Origin: Eledone cirrhosa
Taxonomy: Eukaryota
Reading direction: 5' to 3'
DNA: 64,000 bases
NCBI GenBank assembly: GCA_964016885.1
Contig: OZ024765.1
Location: 12,586,001 to 12,650,000 of the forward strand
A program made the position numbers and the translations under genes. A model generated the notes under the pieces. It searched no databases. It had not been told where the DNA came from and was given only the letters and a program-made list of their open reading frames with translations. Below are positions 55,428 through 64,000 of this stretch, in pieces (within the stretch, counting starts at the first letter, position 1; each line of letters opens with the position of its first letter).

Positions 55428-55761
55428 ATCATCATTTCATTTTTACATCCACTTTTCCCTGCTTGCAAGGGTGGGACGGGAACTGATTCTGGCTTGATTT
55501 CTACAGCTGGATGCCCTTCCTAACACCAACCTCATTTACAGTGAGTGCTGGGTGCTTTTTTGCTGTGGCACCTCCACGACCACTTTGCAGTGGAATGACA
55601 TGGACCCCAGTCCCTATCATCTCATTTCTACAGCTGAGTAAACTGGAGCAATGTGAAATAAAGTGTCTTGCTCAAGGAAACAACACATCACCCGGTCTGA
55701 GAATTGAACTCACAACCTTTCAATTGCAAGGCCAATGCTCTAACCACTAAGCCACATGCCT
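55428..55761 (-). mobile_element. tRNA-derived SINE, family B, full length
   Basis: Reverse complement of the 50235 head with the RTE-type tail CCCACCCTTGCAAGCAGGGAAAAGTGGATGTAAAA. Confidence 0.85.
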
Positions 55762-55763
55762 CC

Positions 55764-56065
55764 TATATAGTGTATTTTGCAATACACTGTATGCTTAATT
55801 AAAAGCATTTTGAAGACCATAGGCTATTGTTTTAAATAGTGACAATGTCACTTATTTAAATTTTCAGCAAACAGGGGGAGATAAACTGAGAGAGCTCTGT
55901 TTCGTACTTTTTGGTACTTATCAAAGTTCACCACTCCTCCTGTTTGTTGAAAATTATATGTGTTGGATTCTTATAGAATTCCAGTAATAATCAGGAACTG
56001 ATTATACAGAGGGGTTGCCGGTCCAGCAGAAATTGAAATTTAGAATTGGTGCTCTGAAATAGCGA
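55764..56065 (-). mobile_element. Hammerhead element, family H6
   Basis: Carries the 55859-55955 ribozyme. Its end (AGTGTATTTTGCAATACACT hairpin..GAAGACC) recurs at 56085-56150 and 62700-62790. Confidence 0.55.
55859..55955 (-). ncRNA. Type I hammerhead ribozyme, U3-A8 core variant (H6)
   Basis: Minus strand GGTGAACT-TTGATAA-GTAC(CAAAAA)GTAC-GAAA-C AGAGCTCT C-TC-AGTTTATC. Stem I extends about 20 more bp (AATTTTCAACAAACAGGAGGAG/CTCCCCCTGTTTGCTGAAAATT). One C-C mismatch in stem III. Confidence 0.68.
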
Positions 56066-56149
56066 TATATATATGAATGTATATATAGTGTATTTTGCAA
56101 TACACTGTATGCTTAATTAAAAGTATTTTGAAGACCTTACGCTATTGTT

Positions 56150-56900
56150 TTGTGGTGATGGTGGTGTGGTGGTGGTGCTGGTGATGATAGTGGTTGTGGT
56201 GGTGATGCCAGTAGTGTCTGAGTTGAGGATGGTGATAGTGATGGTAATGGTAATGGTGATGGTGGTGGTGGTGGTGGTAGTGGCTGTGGTGGTGCTGATG
56301 ATAGTGGTGGTGGTGGTGATGGTGGTTGTGATGTTAGTAGTATCTGAGTTGAGGGCGGTGGTGATGGTGGTGGTGGTTGTGGTGGTGATGGTGGTTGTGG
56401 TGGTGATGGTGGTGTGGTGTTGGTGCTGGTGATGATAGTGGTGGTAGTGATGGTGGTGGTTGTGGTTGTGGTGGTGGTATGGTGGTGGTGATGCCAGTAG
56501 TGTCTGAGTTGAGGGTGGTGGTTGTGATGGTAATAGTGATGGTGGTGGTAGTGGTAATGATGGTCGTGGTGGTGGTGGTGGTAGTGGTTGTGGTGGTGAT
56601 GGTGGTAGGGGTTGTGGTGGTGGTGATGATAGTGGTGGTGATGGTGGTTGTGATGATAGTGGTTGACAGTGGTGTTGATGGTAGTGGTTATGGTGGTTGT
56701 GATGATAGTGGTGATGGATGGTTAGTAATATCTGAGTTGAGGGTGGTGGTGGTGGTAGTGGTGGTGGTAGTGGTGATGGTGATGGTGAGGATATCAGTAG
56801 TGTTTTAGTTGAGGATGGTGGTAGTGGTGATGGTATTAATGGTGGTAGTGGTGATGTCAGTGGTGGTAATGGTTGTGATGATGGTGGTGGTGTTGATGGT
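56150..56900. repeat. (GGT/GAT)n low-complexity tract
   Basis: Poly-Val readings, with recurring AGTAGTGTCTGAGTTGAGG spacer. Confidence 0.9.
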
Positions 56901-57291
56901 GTAAACAGATATGTAATGAGATAAAGCTGATGTAATAATCCATTCCCCCCCCCCCCCCCCTTCTCTCACCACATATTACAGCTTAAACTTCATTTTTCAT
57001 TACCAAACACAATTGGCATACCTGCCTGTCCTATATAAACACACACACACACACACACACATACACACACATACATACATAGCACACACACACATACACA
57101 CACATACATACATAGCACACACACACATACACACACATACATACATAGCATACACACCCATACACTAATACACGCACTGACATATTACATACAGACATAC
57201 ACACATATATTCCTACCCACTCTCGGCTCTATCTCTCTTGCATATATACACACACACACACATTTATACACACACTGACACACACACGTGT

Positions 57292-57330
<39 letters not shown>

Positions 57331-57333
<3 letters not shown>

Positions 57334-57533
57334 CGAAGGAATTGTGGTAAGGAACCAGATGGACCATAACGCACCAGAGTACTCAATACTTAGGGTAGTA
57401 GAGTCGGTAATAGGAAAATGTATGACCCCGACGGCAGAGCTCAAGCCGTTTCGACGGCTATATCTGGTCCAGATCTTGGTCCAGAAATAGCCGTCGAAAC
57501 GGCTTGAGCTCTGCCGTCGGGGTCATACATTTT

Positions 57534-57536
<3 letters not shown>
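57331..57536 (-). mobile_element. Fold-back element, family H2, in (TA)n
   Basis: Tail in reverse plus palindrome centred near 57470 with duplicated TGGTCCAGA. Confidence 0.7.
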
Positions 57537-57599
<63 letters not shown>

Positions 57600-57698
57600 T
57601 GTATATATATTTAATTACATAATAAACAACACAATATAACTCTTCCATTACCAAAGGTTTCAGGAAACTAGATGATCCTAACAGAAACGTCCAGTACG

Positions 57699-57756
<58 letters not shown>

Positions 57757-58294
57757 ATCCAAATATTCATATATATAGTATATACATATATATATTTATA
57801 TATATATATATATGTATATGTGTGTGAATGTGTGTGTGTGTGTGTGTATAAATGTTTGTGTGTGTTTGTGTGCACGAATCTGCATGCATGTATGAATGTG
57901 TGCGTGTGTATATGTGTGTGAATGTGTGTGTATGCATGCATGTATGACTGTGTGTGTGCATATGTGTGTGAATGAGTGTGTGTATCATCATCATTTAATG
58001 TCTGTTTTCTCTGCTAGAATGTGTAAGACAGGTTGTCACAGACCAAGTCAATATCTAATTGGAGTACTGACTCCTCAGACATGCTGTCCCCACCCCCACA
58101 CATATCCACATTTCACTTACTGCACACTGCAGAGTGCACCAGGTGCATCATATCGTTGCACCATTACCAGGGTGGTTGTCGTACCCTTGACATAACCGGA
58201 GAGTCCTCACAACACTTCTGGCATGGTTTCTATGGCTTGAAGCCCTTCCCAATGCTCACCACAAGGAAAAGCAAATGTAAAATATAAGGTTGTC

Positions 58295-59366
58295 ATGCTG
58301 GTGCCATGACAAAAGACACCCAGTCCCCCTTGTAAGGTCGTACTGCTGCTCCCATGATAAAAAGTATCCAGTCAACCCTGTAAGGTGTTAATACAGGTGC
58401 CATGACAAAAGGTACCCAGTCCTCTCTGTAAGGTGCTGGTGCCATGACAAAAAGTCCCCAGTCTATCCTGTATAGTGGTCGTACTGGTGCCATGACAAAA
58501 AGTACCCAGTCTATCCTGTATAGTGGTCGTACTGGTGCCATGACAAAAAGTACCCAGTACACCCTGTATAGTGGTCGTACTGGTGCCATGACAAAAAGTA
58601 CCCAGTCTATCCTGTATAGTGGTCGTACTGGTGCCATGACAAAAAGTACCCAGTACACCCTGTATAGTGGTCGTACTGGTGCCATGACAAAAAGTACCCA
58701 GTCTATCCTGTATAGTGGTCGTACTGGTGCCATGACAAAAAGTACCCAGTCTATCCTGTATAGTGGTCGTACTGGTGCCATGACAAAAAGTACCCAGTAC
58801 ACCCTGTATAGTGGTCGTACTGGTGCCATGACAAAAAGTACCCAGTCTATCCTGTATAGTGGTCGTACTGGTGCCATGACAAAAAGTACCCAGTCTATCC
58901 TGTATAGTGGTCGTACTGGTGCCATGACAAAAAGTACCCAGTCTATCCTGTATAGTGGTCGTACTGGTGCCATGACAAAAAGTACCCAGTACACCCTGTA
59001 TAGTGGTCGTACTGGTGCCATGACAAAAAGTACCCAGTCTATCCTGTATAGTGGTCGTACTGGTGCCATGACAAAAAGTCCCCAGTCTATCCTGTATAGT
59101 GGTCGTACTGGTGCCATGACAAAAAGTACCCAGTACACCCTGTATAGTGGTCGTACTGGTGCCATGACAAAAAGTCCCCAGGCTATCCTGTATAGTGGTC
59201 ATACTGGTGCCATGACAAAAAGTACCCAGTCTATCCTGTATAGTGGTCATACTGGTGCCATGACAAAAAGTACCCAGTCTATCCTGTATAGTGGTCGTAC
59301 TGGTGCCATGACAAAAAGTCCCCAGTCTATCCTGTATAGTGGTCATACTGGTGCCATGACAAAAAG
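58295..59366. repeat. 48-bp minisatellite (about 19 homogeneous plus 3 degenerate copies) inside a SINE B-type element
   Basis: Unit TGCCATGACAAAAAGTACCCAGTCTATCCTGTATAGTGGTCGTACTGG, followed by SINE segment AAGGGCATCCAGCCATAAAAA...AAGCATGGAAAA (59440-59570). Confidence 0.95.
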
Positions 59367-59601
59367 GTGATAGTGCCAATGCTAGAACAAAAAGCACCCA
59401 GTCCACTCTGTAAGCTCCCAGTACATACTGTTAAGTGGTTCACATTAGCAAGGGCATCCAGCCATAAAAAACAACAAACCAGAAATGGAAGATATGAGAC
59501 AAGACATGGTCACCTGACCTGTCCAGTCTCACCATGTGACAGTTGATCTCACTCATACAAGCATGGAAAATTGATTTTCAACTGTGATGAAAAAAAACAC
59601 A

Positions 59602-61958
59602 CAGTCCACGGTGTAATGTGGCCGTGTAAGCAACACGGTAAAAACCTCCCAGCCCCACACTGTAAATGTGGTTGGTGTTAGGAAGGGCATCCAGCTGTAG
59701 AAAACACGCCAGACAGTCCACGGTGTAATGTGGCCGTGTAGGCAACACGGTAAAAACCTCCCAGACCCACACTGTAAATGTGGTTGGTGTTAGGAAGGGC
59801 ATCCAGCTGTAGAAAACCCGCCAGACAGTCCACGCTGTAATGTGGCCGTGTAGGCAACACGGTAAAAACCTCCCAGACCCACACTGTAAATGTAGTTGGT
59901 GTTAGGAGGGGCATCCAACTGTAGAAAACCTGCCAGACAGTCCACGCTGTAATGTGGCCGTGTAGGCAACACGGTAAAAACCTCCCAGACCCACACTGTA
60001 AATGTGGTTGGTGTTAGGAAGGGCATCCAGCTGTAGAAAACCTGCCAGACAGTCCACGCTGTAATGTGGCCGTGTAGGCAACACGGTAAAAACCTCCCAG
60101 ACCCACACTGTAAATGTGGTTGGTGTTAGGAAGGGCATCCAGCTGTAGAAAACCCGCCAGACAGTCCACGCTGTAATGTGGCCGTGTAGGCAACACGGTA
60201 AAAACCTCCCAGACCCACACTGTAAATGTGGTTGGTGTTAGGAAGGGCATCCAGCTGTAGAAAACCCGCCACACAGTCCACGGTGTAATGTGGACGTGTA
60301 GGCAACACGGTAAAAACCTCCCAGTCCCACACTGTAAACGTGGTTGGTGTTAGGAAGGGCATCCAGCTGTAGAAAACCCGCCAGACAGTCCACGCTGTAA
60401 TGTGGCCGTGTAGGCAACACGGTAAAAACCTCCCAGTCCCACACTGTAAATGTGGTTGGTGTTAGGAAGGGCATCCAGCTGTAGAAAACCCGCCAGACAG
60501 TCCACGCTGTAATGTGGCCGTGTAGGCAACACGGTAAAAACCTCCCAGCCCCACACTGTAAACGTGGTTGGTGTTAGGAAGGGCATCCAGCTGTAGAAAA
60601 CCCGCCAGACAGTCCACGCTGTAATGTGGCCGTGTAGGCAACACGGTAAAAACCTCCCAGTCCCACACTGTAAATGTGGTTGGTGTTAGGAAGGGCATCC
60701 AGCTGTAGAAAACCCGCCACACAGTCCACGCTGTAATGTGGCCGTGTAGGCAACACGGTAAAAACCTCCCAGTCCCACACTGTAAATGTGGTAGGTGTTA
60801 GGAAGGGCATCCAGCTGTAGAAAACCCGCCAGACAGTCCACGGTGTAATGTGGCCGTGTAGGCAACACGGTAAAAACCTCCCAGACCCACACTGTAAATG
60901 TGGTTGGTGTTAGGAAGGGCATCCAACTGTAGAAAACCTGCCAGACAGTCCACGCTGTAATGTGGCCGTGTAGGCAACACGGTAAAAACCTCCCAGCCCC
61001 ACACTGTAAATGTGGTTGGTGTTAGGAAGGGCATCCAACTGTAGAAAACCTGCCAGACAGTCCACGCTGTAATGTGGCCGTGTAGGCAACACGGTAAAAA
61101 CCTCCCAGCCCCACACTGTAAATGTGGTTGGTGTTAGGAGGGGCATCCAGCTGTAGAAAACCTGCCAGACAGTCCACGCTGTAATGTGGCCGTGTAGGCA
61201 ACATGGTAAAAACCTCCCAGACCCACACTGTAAATGTGGTTGGTGTTAGGAGGGGCATCCAGCTGTAGAAAACCTGCCAGACAGTCCACGCTGTAATGTG
61301 GCCGTGTAGGCAACACGGTAAAAACCTCCCAGACCCACACTGTAAATGTGGTTGGTGTTAGGAAGGGCATCCAACTGTAGAAAACCTGCCAGACAGTCCA
61401 CGCTGTAATGTGGCCGTGTAGGCAACACGGTAAAAACCTCCCAGCCCCACACTGTAAATGTGGTTGGTGTTAGGAGGGGCATCCAGCTGTAGAAAACCTG
61501 CCAGACAGTCCACGCTGTAATGTGGCCGTGTAGGCAACACGGTAAAAACCTCCCAGACCCACACTGTAAATGTGGTTGGTGTTAGGAGGGGCATCCAGCT
61601 GTAGAAAACCTGCCAGACAGTCCACGCTGTAATGTGGCCGTGTAGGCAACACGGTAAAAACCTCCCAGACCCACACTGTAAATGTGGTTGGTGTTAGGAA
61701 GGGCATCCAACTGTAGAAAACCTGCCAGACAGTCCACGCTGTAATGTGGCCGTGTAGGCAACACGGTAAAAACCTCCCAGCCCCACACTGTAAATGTGGT
61801 TGGTGTTAGGAGGGGCATCCAACTGTAGAAAACCTGCCAGACAGTCCACGCTGTAATGTGGCCGTGTAGGCAACACGGTAAAAACCTCCCAGACCCACAC
61901 TGTAAATGTGGTTGGTGTTAGGAAGGGCATCCAACTGTAGAAAACCTGCCAGACAGTC
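59602..61958. repeat. 112-bp satellite, about 21 copies, inside a SINE B-type element
   Basis: Unit ACAGTCCACGCTGTAATGTGGCCGTGTAGGCAACACGGTAAAAACCTCCCAGACCCACACTGTAAATGTGGTTGGTGTTAGGAAGGGCATCCAGCTGTAGAAAACCTGCCAG. SINE tail continues 61959-62070 to (TGA)n. Confidence 0.95.
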
Positions 61959-62082
61959 CTATGCGAGCAAGACAACCACTCTTGCCTCAAGTGGGAAAAC
62001 CCCCGTCCAAACCCATGCAAGCGTGGAACACGGACGTTAAACGTTGATGATGATGATGATGATGATGATGATGTTGTTGTTG

Positions 62083-62114
<32 letters not shown>

Positions 62115-62227
62115 GGTGGTGGTCCTGATATATATATATATATATATATATATGCCTATCAGTTTCACAATTTGTCACATAATATTATAACACTGTTATC
62201 TGATTACACACATCCTTGTTGATACAA

Positions 62228-62280
62228 CCACAACCACCACCAGCACCACCACCACCACCAGCACCACCACCACCACCACC

Positions 62281-62311
<31 letters not shown>

Positions 62312-62325
62312 CCACCACCACCACC

Positions 62326-62356
<31 letters not shown>

Positions 62357-62376
62357 CCAGCACCACCACCACCACC

Positions 62377-62407
<31 letters not shown>

Positions 62408-62493
62408 CCACCACCACCACCACCACCACCACCACCACCATCACTGACACCACCCCCACCACCACCACCACCACCACCACCACCACCACCACT
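62228..62493. repeat. (CCA)n microsatellite
   Basis: Direct inspection. Confidence 0.95.
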
Positions 62494-62815
62494 AAAATAA
62501 AGTACCAGTAATGTACTGGATAATTGCTGGTTGTATCAACAAGGATGTGTGTAATCATTTGTACATTATTCTATGTACTATACATGCACCTTTGATGAGT
62601 TGTAGTGTACCTGAGCACTGTACACAATAATTTCATTATTATTATTATTATAAAGTAGAAACAATTAATATCATTGATATATATATATGAATGTATATAC
62701 AGTGTATTTTGCAATACACTGTATGCTTAATTAAAAGCATTTTGAAGACCTTACGCTATTGTTTTAAAGTAGTGACTAAGTCACTTACTTCTATTTTATA
62801 TATATATATATAAAT

Positions 62816-62966
62816 GAAGTAATTCCATCGGAAAAGTCCAGGAAAAAAGAGTGCTCTATGTATGCAACAGAGCTTAATTATTATTATTATGTAATAAACA
62901 ACATAAGGCAATTATTCCATTTAAATGGAATAATTGCCTTATGTTGTTTATTACATAATAATAATA
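62816..62966 (-). mobile_element. Fold-back element, family H5, lacking the ribozyme core
   Basis: Perfect palindrome of about 85 bp centred at 62922/62923, plus tail GAGTGCTCTATGTA..ACAGAGCT. Confidence 0.65.
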
Positions 62967-63040
62967 TATATATATATATATATGATGATATATGTATATA
63001 TGTATGTATATAGGTATATATATATATGTTTATGTGTATT

Positions 63041-63133
<93 letters not shown>

Positions 63134-63153
63134 ATATATAAAAATATATATGT

Positions 63154-63201
<48 letters not shown>

Positions 63202-63220
63202 GTATATGTATATGTATATA

Positions 63221-63275
<55 letters not shown>

Positions 63276-63279
<4 letters not shown>

Positions 63280-63574
63280 AAGTATGACCCCGATGGCAGA
63301 GCTCAAGCCGTTTCGACGGCTATTTCTGGACTAAATTAATTTTTAGCCTGGTGAATAAATAGCTGAACTTGTAAAGGAGGTACTTCCTTATATGGGAAGA
63401 TTGTAGTTTATTCACCAGGCTAAAAAGTCTAATTTAGTCCAGAAATAGCCGTCAAAACAGCTTGAGCTCTGCCGTCGGGGTCATACTTTTTCCTATTTCC
63501 CACTCTACTACTCTAAGTATTGAGTACTCTGGTGCGTTATGGTCCATCTGGTTCCTTACCACATTTCCTTTGTT
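63276..63574 (+). mobile_element. Fold-back hammerhead element, family H2 (degenerate core)
   Basis: Homologous to 39941-40266. The minus-strand core reads ACCTCC-TTTACAA-GTTCAGCTATTT. Confidence 0.7.
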
Positions 63575-63663
63575 ATATATGTATGTTTGTTATATATGTA
63601 TGTATATACAGAGATGTTATATATGTATGTATATATAGAGATGTTATATATGTATGTATATAC

Positions 63664-64000
63664 AGAGATGACCCCTTAGCCTTTGTCAAGGCAGAATTCT
63701 AGGAGAAGGAAAACTCTGATATAACACCTGCAACCCTGATGGTATCCAATGATGTTGACTTGTTCTTCTTTTTGGTAAATATCATCTTGGTTAAGAGAGT
63801 GGGACTGGCTTTGTGCAGTGCCTTTGCTCACTATAAAAGCTTCACGGCACAGGCATTGCTTTATATCTGGAGATCTCTCTGCACTTGTCGTTACATGGTA
63901 CCATGGGCCCAGCACTGTGTGTCAATAATTGTCACAAGTGTAGTGTTTGTACCAGAGTTTTCAAGTCGCCGGCTGGACTAAAATGTCACACTCGTTCAGC
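63664..64000 (+). mobile_element. RTE-like LINE 3'-end derived element (second copy, runs off the window)
   Basis: Near-identical to 49536-49870, same 5' start. Confidence 0.55.

Noticed and set aside
58293-62020. Repetitive ORFs over the 48-bp and 112-bp arrays, or a CRISPR array
   Set aside because: SINE-derived tandem repeats without spacers.

Overview
This is AT-rich, repeat-saturated animal genomic DNA. The microsatellite load and SINE/LINE content suggest an octopus or other cephalopod, but that is inference. I can support no intact host protein-coding gene, and almost all long ORFs are artefacts of simple repeats. The window holds two tRNA-derived SINE families, RTE and Tx1/L1 LINE fragments, TTAA-flanked piggyBac-type MITEs, Helitron-like elements, large microsatellite fields and several minisatellites, three of them grown from one SINE segment. 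The most striking signal is about eight otherwise dissimilar families of short non-coding elements, mostly inserted in (TA)n tracts. Each carries a type I hammerhead ribozyme that folds by eye (CUGANGA or the variant UUGANAA core, GAAA, UH triplet, paired stems). Many are head-to-head fold-back palindromes and share a downstream TGAGTRC motif. They resemble non-autonomous pseudo-LTR derivatives of Penelope-like elements. All folds were read manually, none was computed, and activity is untested.
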